Shown here piece by piece: positions 40,118 to 50,162 of a stretch of 64,000 nt of DNA. The position numbers and the translations under genes were made by a program. The stretch is taken from assembly GCA_965195345.1 (NCBI GenBank), contig OZ239628.1:1472001-1536000 (forward strand), given 5' to 3'. Origin of the DNA: an uncultured Thiomicrospira sp. Lineage in GTDB: Bacteria > Pseudomonadota > Gammaproteobacteria > CAKMZV01. Every line of letters begins with the position of its first letter. Position 1 is the stretch's first letter. The notes under the pieces are model-generated. The model was not told the origin of the DNA and did not search any database. It saw nothing but the letters and a program-made list of their open reading frames with translations.

Positions 40118-42754
40118 GTGAAAAACTCATTCAATTCAAAAAAGTCACTTGAAATCAACAACAAGTCTTGGGAATACTTTAGCGTTAGCGATTTAGATGG
40201 TGGGAGTAACTTGCCCTTCTCATTAAAAATTCTATTAGAAAACCTATTGCGTCATGAAGACAATAAAACCGTAAAAAAAGAAGATATTCAATGGTTCTTA
40301 GACTGGAATGCCAATACAGATGATGAAAAAGAAATAGCCTATCGTCCAGCTCGTGTATTGATGCAAGATTTTACCGGTGTGCCTGCAGTCGTTGATTTGG
40401 CTGCAATGCGCGATGCAATGCTTAAATTAAATGCAGATCCAAGTCGTATTAACCCTTTACAGCCTGCTGAATTAGTTATCGATCACTCGGTTCAAGTTGA
40501 TAACTTCGGCACAGATAATGCGCTTGATCTCAATATCAAATTGGAGTACCACCGCAATAAAGAACGCTATCAGTTCTTAAAGTGGGGACAACAAGCTTTT
40601 TCTAATTTTAAAGTGGTTCCCCCAGGGGCAGGGATTGTCCACCAAGTTAATCTTGAATATCTTTCACGCGTTGCTTTTACTAATTCTAAAAATCAAGTTT
40701 ATCCAGATACATTGGTAGGAACCGATTCACACACAACTATGGTCAATGGGTTAGGCGTTCTTGGCTGGGGGGTCGGTGGTATTGAAGCTGAAGCTGCTAT
40801 GCTTGGACAGCCTATATCGATGTTGGTTCCCAAAGTAGTTGGCTTTAAAATAACCGGTAAATTGTCTGAGGGTATCACGGCTACTGATCTTGTTTTGGTA
40901 ATTGTCGAGATGTTGCGCAAGCATGGTGTGGTGGGAAAATTTGTTGAGTTTTATGGCAACGGTATTGCTGCTTTACCATTAGCGGATAGAGCAACTATCG
41001 GCAATATGGCTCCCGAATACGGCGCTACTTGTGGCATTTTCCCTGTTGATGAAGAAACGCTCAGTTACATGCGTTTATCAAATCGTGATGAGCAAACGAT
41101 TGAACTTACTAAAAATTATTTTAAAGCACAAAACATGTTCTTAGATGAGGACTACCAAACGCCCGAATTCAATGAACATATTGAGCTTGATTTATCCACG
41201 GTCGTTCCAAGTATTGCAGGTCCTAAACGCCCTCAAGATCGTATTAATTTGACAGACACTAAATCCGCGTTTCTTTCAGCATGTAAAGAAATAAAATCAA
41301 GCAAAGAAACAGTGCAAGTCAACGATAACTCGCAGCAATATGAGCTTAAAAATGGAGCGGTCGTTATTGCCGCTATCACTTCGTGCACGAATACGTCGAA
41401 CCCTTATGTTATGTTAGGCGCTGGATTGCTTGCTAAGAAGGCGGTTGATTTAGGATTGAATGTGAAACCTTGGGTTAAAACCTCTTTGGCTCCTGGTTCA
41501 AAAGTGGTTACTGAATATCTCGAAAAAGCGGGATTGATGAACGCGTTAGGCGCACTAAATTTTGACGTTGTCGGTTTTGGATGCACCACTTGCATAGGTA
41601 ATTCGGGCCCTCTTCCAACCCCTATCTCTCAAGGAATTAACGAAGGAGATTTGAGCGTTTGCTCTGTACTTTCTGGAAATCGAAACTTTGAAGGACGTGT
41701 TCATCCTGAAGTGAAAATGAACTACCTTGCTTCGCCTCCTTTAGTCGTCGCTTACGCCATAGCTGGACGTATGGATATTGACTTGTATAACGAACCATTG
41801 ACTCAAAATAAAAATGGTGATGACATATATCTAAAAGACATATGGCCAAGCACTGAAGAAGTCAACAATGTTGTAGCACAATGCGTTACACAGCAACAAT
41901 TTTCACGAACCTATCAACATGTTTTTGATGGCGATCAAAACTGGAAAAATCTGCATGCCAATCAAGTTGAAAAATACGATTGGCCGACTTCAACGTACGT
42001 GCAAAAACCACCATTTTTTGATAACATTACTGAACCAAATCAAGTGGTCAATAGCATTGAAGGTGCCTATCTACTCGCACTCCTCGGAGATTCGGTCACA
42101 ACCGATCATATTTCACCGGCTGGACCCATTAAAGTGGATAGTCCAGCAGGTGAGTACCTTATGGATAACAATGTGCCCGTTTCCGAATTTAATTCTTATG
42201 GGTCAAGACGTGGAAACCATGAAGTAATGATGCGCGGTACTTTTGCAAACATACGCTTGCAGAATTTAATGCTCCCTGGCTCAGAAGGCGGTGTCACTAA
42301 GCACATTCCAAGTGAAGAGAACATGTCGATTTACGATGCTGCAATGTTATACAAAAAAGCAGGAGAACGTACCATTATCATATCAGGGAAAGAATACGGT
42401 ACAGGTTCATCTCGTGACTGGGCAGCAAAAGGACCACATTTGTTAGGAGTTAAAGCAGTTATAGCAGAATCTTTTGAGCGCATTCATCGTACTAATTTAG
42501 TAGGAATGGGTATCCTGCCGATTCAGTTTCTCGCAGGAGAATCAGCGAAAAGCTTTGCTTTAACGGGTAATGAACGCTTCACTATTAGCGGCATTGACAA
42601 CGGTAGAAGCAAGTCGGTTGAAGTAACAGCAGTTCGATCGGACGGAACAAAAACGCACTTCAAAGCTAAAGTACGCATTGACACACCACAAGAAGTAGAA
42701 TACTATCAAAACGGTGGCATTTTACAATATGTATTGCGTCAGCTAGCTTCTTAG
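40118..42754 (+). CDS. acnA: aconitate hydratase A
   Basis: QDFTGVP, GTDSHT, AITSCTN, GCTTCIGNSG, GSSRDWAAKG. Confidence 0.98.
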   Translation: MKNSFNSKKSLEINNKSWEYFSVSDLDGGSNLPFSLKILLENLLRHEDNKTVKKEDIQWFLDWNANTDDEKEIAYRPARVLMQDFTGVPAVVDLAAMRDAMLKLNADPSRINPLQPAELVIDHSVQVDNFGTDNALDLNIKLEYHRNKERYQFLKWGQQAFSNFKVVPPGAGIVHQVNLEYLSRVAFTNSKNQVYPDTLVGTDSHTTMVNGLGVLGWGVGGIEAEAAMLGQPISMLVPKVVGFKITGKLSEGITATDLVLVIVEMLRKHGVVGKFVEFYGNGIAALPLADRATIGNMAPEYGATCGIFPVDEETLSYMRLSNRDEQTIELTKNYFKAQNMFLDEDYQTPEFNEHIELDLSTVVPSIAGPKRPQDRINLTDTKSAFLSACKEIKSSKETVQVNDNSQQYELKNGAVVIAAITSCTNTSNPYVMLGAGLLAKKAVDLGLNVKPWVKTSLAPGSKVVTEYLEKAGLMNALGALNFDVVGFGCTTCIGNSGPLPTPISQGINEGDLSVCSVLSGNRNFEGRVHPEVKMNYLASPPLVVAYAIAGRMDIDLYNEPLTQNKNGDDIYLKDIWPSTEEVNNVVAQCVTQQQFSRTYQHVFDGDQNWKNLHANQVEKYDWPTSTYVQKPPFFDNITEPNQVVNSIEGAYLLALLGDSVTTDHISPAGPIKVDSPAGEYLMDNNVPVSEFNSYGSRRGNHEVMMRGTFANIRLQNLMLPGSEGGVTKHIPSEENMSIYDAAMLYKKAGERTIIISGKEYGTGSSRDWAAKGPHLLGVKAVIAESFERIHRTNLVGMGILPIQFLAGESAKSFALTGNERFTISGIDNGRSKSVEVTAVRSDGTKTHFKAKVRIDTPQEVEYYQNGGILQYVLRQLAS

Positions 42755-42811
42755 CACTGTACAAATAAGTGGTGCTGTTATAAAATCACTGCATATTTTC
42801 AAGTAATTAAT

Positions 42812-43564
42812 ATGAATAAAACAGAAAACACCCAAAGGCGACAAGGCATTTATTTATTGCCCAATATATTTACAACGGCAGCTTTGCTTTGTGGTTTTTA
42901 TAGCATTGTGTTAGCTTTTTCAGGGCGATATATTGAATCGGCAATTGCGGTAGTAATTGCCGCAGTTTTAGACGGCTTGGATGGTCGCGTTGCTCGAATG
43001 ACCAAAACATCAACGCCATTTGGCGCAGAGTACGACTCTATGGCTGATATGGTGTCTTTTGGTATTGCACCTGCTGTTCTGGCGTATTCGTGGGGTTTAA
43101 CAAATTGGAACGAAAATACTTGGTTAATAGCCTTCTTTTTCGTTGCTGGCACAGCTCTTCGTCTTGCTCGTTTTAGTTCACAAGTAAGTGATTCTAATCT
43201 TCGTGGCTTCTTTCAAGGTATGCCCTCACCTGCTGCTGCTGGGACTTTGGTGAGCTTTGTTTGGGCATGTGAAAATTTACAATGGCACGACCCAATAATG
43301 CGCTGGCCCTTATTCTTACTATGTTTGGTTCTAGCAGTGTTGATGGTTAGTAATGTGCGTTTTTATAGCTTCAAAGACTTTAGCGGCAGCAAAATTCCAT
43401 TTATTGCTCTTTTTGGCGTTGTAGTAGCAACAATGATTCTTGCTTCACACACTTCGCTAATGCTTTTCATCGTTGGAATGATTTATCTATCCTCAGGACC
43501 AGTACTGACACTTATTCAACTTAGAAACAAGCGACTTGAACGGCGCTTGAGACTCAACGCCTAA
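42812..43564 (+). CDS. pssA: CDP-diacylglycerol--serine O-phosphatidyltransferase
   Basis: DGLDGRVAR...FGAEYDSMADMVSFG CDP-alcohol phosphotransferase motif. Confidence 0.93.
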   Translation: MNKTENTQRRQGIYLLPNIFTTAALLCGFYSIVLAFSGRYIESAIAVVIAAVLDGLDGRVARMTKTSTPFGAEYDSMADMVSFGIAPAVLAYSWGLTNWNENTWLIAFFFVAGTALRLARFSSQVSDSNLRGFFQGMPSPAAAGTLVSFVWACENLQWHDPIMRWPLFLLCLVLAVLMVSNVRFYSFKDFSGSKIPFIALFGVVVATMILASHTSLMLFIVGMIYLSSGPVLTLIQLRNKRLERRLRLNA

Positions 43565-43603
43565 AAAACCAATTAGTCTTAATTTCTAAAACTTAAAATT
43601 ATT

Positions 43604-45145
43604 ATGTCAGACCGAATTATTATTTTTGATACCACGTTGCGCGACGGCGAACAAAGCCCTGGTGCTTCAATGACTTTGGATGAAAAAGTCCGTATAGCCA
43701 AAGCGTTAGAGAAGATGAAAGTGGACGTGATTGAGGCGGGATTTGCAATAGCAAGTGATGGCGATTTTAAAGCCATTCATGCGGTTGCTTCTCAAATAAA
43801 GGATTCAGTTATCTGCTCCTTAGCGCGTGCTAATAAAAAAGATATTGATCGTGCCGCCGAAGCAATTGCACCAGCCCCTCAAAAGCGTATCCATACCTTT
43901 ATAGCAACCTCTCCCATCCATATGCAAATGAAGCTGAACATGTCGCCAGATGCCGTTAAGGATGCAGCGATTTCAGCAGTTAAGCATGCGCGTAATTTCA
44001 CCGATAATGTTGAGTTTTCTCCTGAAGATGCAGGGCGCTCGGAGGTCGATTTTTTATGCCGCATTATTGAGGCTGCAATAACAGCAGGTGCTACCACAAT
44101 TAACATACCCGATACCGTTGGCTATAATGTGCCTGAACAGTTCGGACAACTTATCAATGAATTAATTACGCGCATTCCTAATTCAGACAAAGCTGTTTTT
44201 TCTGCACATTGTCATAATGACTTAGGATTGGCTGTTGCTAACTCATTAGCAGCGGTAGCAAACGGTGCTCGTCAAATCGAATGCACGATCAATGGACTCG
44301 GTGAGCGTGCTGGTAACACTGCATTAGAAGAAGTGGTAATGGCTTTAAAGACACGTGAAGACTTTTACAACTTAGAAGTCAACATTGAAGCGACCCAGAT
44401 GGTCCCTACCAGCAAACTGGTCTCTGGCATTACTGGATTTCCAGTCCAACCTAACAAAGCAATTGTAGGAGCAAATGCTTTTGCTCATGAAGCTGGCATT
44501 CATCAGGCTGGCGTTCTTAAACATAGAGAGACTTACGAAATAATGATGGCTGAGGATGTTGGTTGGAAAACGAATCGTATGGTTTTAGGAAAGCACTCAG
44601 GTCGCAATGCATTAGCAGATAGGCTAAAGAAGTTAAGCATTGAATTAAGCCCTGAAGATTTAAATATTGCCTTTGTTCGATTCAAAGAGTTAGCCGATCG
44701 AAAACATGAAATTTTTGATGATGATTTGCAATCCTTAATCACGGATACCAGCGCTACCAAAACAAATGATCGCGTACAGTTGGTATCATTAAGTGCGAGC
44801 GTTTCGTCTGAACGCTTACCAAAAGCTGAAGCTACTATTATATTTGATAACAAATCAATGACTGCTCAATCCGAAGGAGGTGGTGCTGTTGATGCAACGT
44901 TCAAATGCATTGAGTCAATGATTGATAGTGGTGCACAGTTGCTGTTGTACTCGGTCAACAACGTTACCGATGGCACTGATTCTCAAGGTGAAGTAACTGT
45001 TCGGTTGGAGTTGGGTGGGCGAATCATTAATGGACATGGTTCAGATACCGATATATTAATTGCTTCGGCCAAAGCCTACATAAATGCAGTCAATCATCTA
45101 CTATCGGTAAATGTTAAAGCACATCCTCAAAAGCATACTCTTTAG
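43604..45145 (+). CDS. leuA: 2-isopropylmalate synthase
   Basis: [32 protein letters not shown]. Confidence 0.98.
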   Translation: MSDRIIIFDTTLRDGEQSPGASMTLDEKVRIAKALEKMKVDVIEAGFAIASDGDFKAIHAVASQIKDSVICSLARANKKDIDRAAEAIAPAPQKRIHTFIATSPIHMQMKLNMSPDAVKDAAISAVKHARNFTDNVEFSPEDAGRSEVDFLCRIIEAAITAGATTINIPDTVGYNVPEQFGQLINELITRIPNSDKAVFSAHCHNDLGLAVANSLAAVANGARQIECTINGLGERAGNTALEEVVMALKTREDFYNLEVNIEATQMVPTSKLVSGITGFPVQPNKAIVGANAFAHEAGIHQAGVLKHRETYEIMMAEDVGWKTNRMVLGKHSGRNALADRLKKLSIELSPEDLNIAFVRFKELADRKHEIFDDDLQSLITDTSATKTNDRVQLVSLSASVSSERLPKAEATIIFDNKSMTAQSEGGGAVDATFKCIESMIDSGAQLLLYSVNNVTDGTDSQGEVTVRLELGGRIINGHGSDTDILIASAKAYINAVNHLLSVNVKAHPQKHTL

Positions 45146-45163
45146 CATCAAACACAAAAGTTA

Positions 45164-45628
45164 ATGAACCTTAGTTCAAGTCAAAAACATTGCCTAAAGA
45201 TACTCGACATTCCACTTTGGAAGGAAAGTGTGGGTGCCAATACCAACACTGATACTAAAACAATCCTGTCAGGAAAAAAGATTAATCCGCACCTTTATTT
45301 AGTTCTCAACAGCGAAGGTCCAGAAAAAATTCTCGCAGGAAAACAGCTTCTTGAAGATGTATTACAATACCTTAATTGTTCTATAGAAGATGTTGGCTGG
45401 TGTCGCGCATCGGAAGATATCAATTTTCCAGAGAATATCTGTTGTCCTATATGGCCTCAGAATGAAAGCACTGCAAAATACTTGAAAGAAACAGGCATCG
45501 CTCACCTTCCTTCGATGGCAAAAATACTAAACCAATGTGCAACAAAAGCAGAATTATTGACCGCCTTATCTAGTGCAAAAAAACAGTCTGAATCCAAACA
45601 AAATAACAATCAAAGAACTCGAGATTGA
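45164..45628 (+). CDS. hypothetical protein, possibly divergent DNA polymerase III psi-like
   Basis: holD position before rimI; N-terminal L..LDI.LW and C-terminal S...IL....K..L...L patterns. Confidence 0.5.
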   Translation: MNLSSSQKHCLKILDIPLWKESVGANTNTDTKTILSGKKINPHLYLVLNSEGPEKILAGKQLLEDVLQYLNCSIEDVGWCRASEDINFPENICCPIWPQNESTAKYLKETGIAHLPSMAKILNQCATKAELLTALSSAKKQSESKQNNNQRTRD

Positions 45629-46055
45629 AGACATTCCTGCAATTTTAGATATTGAAGGAAAGTGCCAAGAAACTCCGTGGAACATGAAGCATTTTTCAGA
45701 TTGCATAGATGCTGGTTACATCAATAGTGGACTGTTCATAGAGAGTACATTAGTTGGCTATATGATTCTATCTGTGATATTTGAACAAGCCCAAATCCTT
45801 AATTTTTGTATTGATCCAAGTCATCAAAAAAGCGGTTGGGGAAGTTATCTAATGCAAAAAAACATAGAGATTCTAAAAGAGAAAAGTGTGCTTAAAGTTT
45901 TCCTCGAAGTGAGAGAAGGAAATCATAATGCTCGAAAATTCTATAAGCGTTTTTCATTCGTTAACATCGGCACGAGAAAAAAGTATTATTCCAAAGCAAT
46001 CTCCAAAGACAAAAACGATAGAGAAGATGCCGTGGTCGTGATGCGACTGTTGTGA
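45573..46055 (+). CDS. rimI: ribosomal protein S18 alanine N-acetyltransferase
   Basis: PW, QKSGWG, FLEVREGN, RKKYY, EDAVVM. Confidence 0.92.
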   Translation: MQKNSLNPNKITIKELEIEDIPAILDIEGKCQETPWNMKHFSDCIDAGYINSGLFIESTLVGYMILSVIFEQAQILNFCIDPSHQKSGWGSYLMQKNIEILKEKSVLKVFLEVREGNHNARKFYKRFSFVNIGTRKKYYSKAISKDKNDREDAVVVMRLL

Positions 46056-46117
46056 TAGTACCTGCGACGACTGCTGTTATGGCATGGTCGCCATTCCTCA
46101 ACTGTTTTCAATAATAA

Positions 46118-47596
46118 TTAATTAATGATAACAAGAGTTGTGTAAAGCATTTGCCCTTGCCTCCACAATAACAAAGGAACACGTACATTTTTCGGCAACT
46201 CATTGGCTATTTTTCGAAGTTGAGCAATATTTGTCAATTTGTTTCTTCCGATGCGAAGCAAAATATCACCTCGCTTTACATCAGCAAAATCTGCGACGCT
46301 ATTGGATGCGATTCTTTCAACAAATAGACCATTATTCAATTCCTTTTTAATCTCATCTGGTAATTCACTGACCTCAATACCAAGTATTTGAATCATTCCA
46401 ATATTTGGTTTTTTGATATTTTCTTTGGCTGTTTGACCATCCCTCATTTTCTCCTCTGGCAAGACGGCAATTTCCACATATAATGTCAGCTCTTTCTCAT
46501 TTCGAAGAACTTTTATTGGCACTTGAGAACCTACTTTTGTCAGGCCAACCATCGGAGGTAAATCATAAGACTTATCAATCTTCATACCATTAAATTCTAT
46601 AATTACATCGCCTATTTCAATATCACTTCTAGAGGCTGGGCTACCTGGAACAATGTCTGAAACAAGCGCACCTTGTGGTTTTTTTAAATTAAAGCTTTGA
46701 GCAAGTTCAGAAGTCACCGCCTGTATTTGGACTCCAAGGAATCCTCGTGTTACTTTGCCATTTTTACGCAACTGGTCTACAACATTGGTAACCAAATCAG
46801 CAGGAATGGCAAAAGACAATCCCATAAAGCCACCGTTGCGGCTATATATTTGTGAATTTACTCCTATCACCTCGCCTGCTAAGTTGAACAAAGGTCCGCC
46901 AGAGTTGCCTGGATTAATTGCCGCATCAGTTTGTATAAAAGGCACATACAAATCATTTGTCAAACTTCTCCTCTTGGCACTCACAATGCCTTTTGTCACA
47001 GAATAATCAAATCCAAAAGGCGAGCCAATGGCAATCACCCATTCCCCTACTTTAACTTCCGGAGATTTTCCAAACTTCACTTTAGGCAAATCTTCAGCAT
47101 TCACTTTAATAAGAGCAATATCTGTGCGTTTATCGCTGCCCATCACCTCCGCTTTTAGCTCTCGCAGATCGCTTAGTCGCACAAAAATTTCATCTGCCCC
47201 TTCAATTACATGATGGTTAGTGACAATATACCCATCTTTTGATATGACGAACCCTGAACCCAAAGAATGCAACAATGACCCATTGGGTTTACTTTCCTGC
47301 TCATCCTCGTCTTTCTTGGGCGAGTTCTCCCATGGTGAATCGGGCAGGCTATAGAAAAAATCCAACCAATCTTCTGGCATACCTCGAAGATTTGGAGGAA
47401 TACGTCGGCTCTTAGTGTTTTGGAATTTACGTGTGCTGATATTCACTACAGTAGCACTGTTTTTTTCAACTAACTCAGTAAAGTCAGGTAGTTGAGCGTT
47501 TACCGACGTTATTGCAAAAAAACTCAAAACTAACACACTAAATTTCACGTTGATTCGCGCAATGAATGATGCATTCATTTTAAAAATTGTGTACAT
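46118..47596 (-). CDS. Do/DegP-family periplasmic serine endoprotease (MucD-like)
   Basis: LPDFTELVE, TNHHV, DIAL, GNSGGPL, two PDZ domains. Confidence 0.95.
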   Translation of the reverse strand: MYTIFKMNASFIARINVKFSVLVLSFFAITSVNAQLPDFTELVEKNSATVVNISTRKFQNTKSRRIPPNLRGMPEDWLDFFYSLPDSPWENSPKKDEDEQESKPNGSLLHSLGSGFVISKDGYIVTNHHVIEGADEIFVRLSDLRELKAEVMGSDKRTDIALIKVNAEDLPKVKFGKSPEVKVGEWVIAIGSPFGFDYSVTKGIVSAKRRSLTNDLYVPFIQTDAAINPGNSGGPLFNLAGEVIGVNSQIYSRNGGFMGLSFAIPADLVTNVVDQLRKNGKVTRGFLGVQIQAVTSELAQSFNLKKPQGALVSDIVPGSPASRSDIEIGDVIIEFNGMKIDKSYDLPPMVGLTKVGSQVPIKVLRNEKELTLYVEIAVLPEEKMRDGQTAKENIKKPNIGMIQILGIEVSELPDEIKKELNNGLFVERIASNSVADFADVKRGDILLRIGRNKLTNIAQLRKIANELPKNVRVPLLLWRQGQMLYTTLVIIN

Positions 47597-47605
47597 GAAC
47601 TATCC

Positions 47606-48034
47606 TCATTTTCTATATGAAATTAAAATGTTTTCTTCGTTAAGGCTGTCTTTATTTGAACGCATGGAATATAAAATACCCGCCATCAACCCAACAATGC
47701 CTAAAATAAAAGCAAAGAGCTCATTGCTTAATAGCCAATCCCCAAGAAATATTCCTGCGATAAAAGTAAATAACGGCAACAGGTACATTTCAATTGTATT
47801 TTTGACAAATAAATGAGCAGGGTAATGAATTTCTACCTGTTCCCCTTCTTTGAAAACTTTATCCGTTTTTATCCAAATAGGCTGTCTAAGCTTTTCAAGT
47901 TTCTTCCATGTCAATAAACCACAGCGTCCATTACAACCAGGGCACGGTTTTTCCTGCTCAAGCGTAAATAGAACTTTATTCTCCCCTTTTTCTTTAATTC
48001 TCCCACAAGCTGTAAGTCTTTCAATCATTGTCAA
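47606..48034 (-). CDS. rseC: RseC/MucC family protein
   Basis: CPGCNGRCG, YLLPL, two TM helices; directly upstream of the MucD-like gene. Confidence 0.8.
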   Translation of the reverse strand: MTMIERLTACGRIKEKGENKVLFTLEQEKPCPGCNGRCGLLTWKKLEKLRQPIWIKTDKVFKEGEQVEIHYPAHLFVKNTIEMYLLPLFTFIAGIFLGDWLLSNELFAFILGIVGLMAGILYSMRSNKDSLNEENILISYRK

Positions 48035-48885
48035 TTAATACTGATATTGTCAATTAAACGTGTTTTACCCAAATATGCAGCGGCAAAAAGACGAACCGGA
48101 CTACTTAAATTCGTTACTTTTTCTAATTGATCAGCCGTTCGAATCTCAAAGTAGTCAATAACAAAACCTTCGCTTTTTAAAACTTCGCAGGCATTGTTTA
48201 GCAGACTTTCTATACTCCCACCTGCTGATACTTCTCCTGCTGTTCGTTGCATTTGGGCGTGCAATAACGGTGCTTTTGCACGCTCTTGTTCACTTAGATA
48301 CATGTTTCTGGAGCTCATTGCCAATCCATCAGCCTCTCGAACAGTTGGCGCTCCAATAACTTTGATGGGCAAGTTAAAATCTTTTACCATATGCTTTATA
48401 ACCAACAATTGCTGATAATCTTTTTCTCCAAAAAAAGCAATTTTTGCTGGAACTGCACTAAACAACTTCATAATCACCGTGGCTACACCGCCAAAAAAAT
48501 GCGGTCTTAATGTCGCACACAATCCTTGAACTAATTTATTTCTTGGAACAATTGAAGTAACGCCTTCTATGCCATTTGGATGCATCATTTGGTTGGTTGG
48601 TAAAAATACCGCATCGCAATCTATTGAGCTTAATTTCTCAAGATCTGAAGCCAACGTTCTGGGGTATAGACCAAAATCTTCATTAGGCGAAAACTGTAGC
48701 GGATTAATGTAAATGCTAACAATGGTGCGATCAGCTTGAGACTTGGCCGCTTGAACAAGGCTTAAATGTCCATCATGCAGGTTTCCCATAGTAGGGATAA
48801 AAGCAACCAAGTCCGAACGATTCTGGCAATCGTTTAGATACTTTTGTGTTTGATCAATAGATGTTAGTTGAATCAAGGAAGTCAT
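48031..48885 (-). CDS. panC: pantoate--beta-alanine ligase
   Basis: PTMGNLHDGH, FGEKDYQQL, GLAMSSRN, RLIDN. Confidence 0.98.
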   Translation of the reverse strand: MTSLIQLTSIDQTQKYLNDCQNRSDLVAFIPTMGNLHDGHLSLVQAAKSQADRTIVSIYINPLQFSPNEDFGLYPRTLASDLEKLSSIDCDAVFLPTNQMMHPNGIEGVTSIVPRNKLVQGLCATLRPHFFGGVATVIMKLFSAVPAKIAFFGEKDYQQLLVIKHMVKDFNLPIKVIGAPTVREADGLAMSSRNMYLSEQERAKAPLLHAQMQRTAGEVSAGGSIESLLNNACEVLKSEGFVIDYFEIRTADQLEKVTNLSSPVRLFAAAYLGKTRLIDNISIN

Positions 48886-48896
48886 TTTAAGCCCTT

Positions 48897-49682
48897 TTAA
48901 ATCTTTGGGAATTTTCTCGTGCTAACCGACTCAACATAATTACAAAACGCCTGTTGTATGCTCCCACTGTCTTGAAGAAAATCATAGGCAAAAGTGGGAA
49001 TATAATTTGAAATTCCTAACACATCATAGCAGACTAACACTTGCCCATGGCAATCAGCACCCGCTCCTATTCCTATCACTATTCCGTTTTGCTCCCCCCA
49101 ACTCTTGCTTATCTTAGCCGCTAATGCATCAGGCACACACTCAAGCACCAACATTTGTGCACCTGCTTTGCGTAAAGAAAGCGCTTGTTCAAAGATTTCT
49201 TGTGCCTCTTCTTCTGCTTTACCTGCCACAGCATAGCCACCTTTTAAGCGAACTTTCTGAGGCAATAGACCTAAATGCGCACATACAGGCACTGAAGATT
49301 GTACTAATTTCTCAATGAGGTCAACAGTATGTTCATCACCCCCTTCAATCTTCACCATATCTGCTTTTCCCAACTGTATAAGTTTTTGAGCAGCATCCAA
49401 AGCACGTTCCATGGTCGCTGTTGACATAAATGGCATATCAGCAATTAAAAAACTGTTACGCGCCCCTCTACGTACGTTGGCGCTATGGTAAATAATATCT
49501 TCTATCCGTACTGTTAGAGTATCTTGTCTGCCTTGTACAACCATGCCCAATGAATCGCCTACCAAAATAGCATCTACTCCTGCTTTTTCTTCCATTGCAG
49601 CTATAGAGGAGTCGTAAGCTGTTAGTACAGCTATCGGCTTCTTTTCGCGCACTTTATTGAGTAAATTACTTATAGTGTTCAT
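48897..49682 (-). CDS. panB: 3-methyl-2-oxobutanoate hydroxymethyltransferase
   Basis: LTAYD, LVGDSLGM, ADMPF, VKIEGG, GIGAG. Confidence 0.97.
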   Translation of the reverse strand: MNTISNLLNKVREKKPIAVLTAYDSSIAAMEEKAGVDAILVGDSLGMVVQGRQDTLTVRIEDIIYHSANVRRGARNSFLIADMPFMSTATMERALDAAQKLIQLGKADMVKIEGGDEHTVDLIEKLVQSSVPVCAHLGLLPQKVRLKGGYAVAGKAEEEAQEIFEQALSLRKAGAQMLVLECVPDALAAKISKSWGEQNGIVIGIGAGADCHGQVLVCYDVLGISNYIPTFAYDFLQDSGSIQQAFCNYVESVSTRKFPKI

Positions 49683-49685
49683 TGA

Positions 49686-50159
49686 TTAAATTATATGAGG
49701 GGTGCACTGAGTCAACCAGTGCTTCAAGTTGTAATTATCAACTTCATAGCTCTCGCCTACTAATTCTATCATTGGTCGAACCACAAAATCACGTTCTAAA
49801 GCATGTGGATGAGGCAGGGTTAATCGTTTTGAATGCAAGCATAGATTGGAATAAAACAGCAAATCTGCATCCAATATACGCTCCCCCCATCGACGCCTTC
49901 TTACACGTTTATGCTTGCGCTCAAGCCATTGTAGCAAATCAAGAATCAAATGAGGACTTAACACAGACTGAAAGGCAACGACTGCGTTACAAAAATCTGG
50001 CTGGTCTTGTGGTCCAAGGGGTTTTGAAAAATAAAGTTTTGAGGCCTTGAAATTATGGATTGAAGCATGCGCATCTAATAAACGCATTGCTGATCCAATC
50101 TGTTCAGGCGGATTGCTCAAGTTACTGCCCAAGCCAACAAAGATAGTATTCAACCGCAT
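49686..50159 (-). CDS. folK: 2-amino-4-hydroxy-6-hydroxymethyldihydropteridine diphosphokinase
   Basis: GLGSNL, QPDFCNAV, RWGERILDADLL, LTLPHP. Confidence 0.95.
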   Translation of the reverse strand: MRLNTIFVGLGSNLSNPPEQIGSAMRLLDAHASIHNFKASKLYFSKPLGPQDQPDFCNAVVAFQSVLSPHLILDLLQWLERKHKRVRRRRWGERILDADLLFYSNLCLHSKRLTLPHPHALERDFVVRPMIELVGESYEVDNYNLKHWLTQCTPHII

Positions 50160-50162
50160 ACG

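Noticed and set aside
49682-50050. 122-aa plus-strand ORF
   Set aside because: Antisense shadow of folK.
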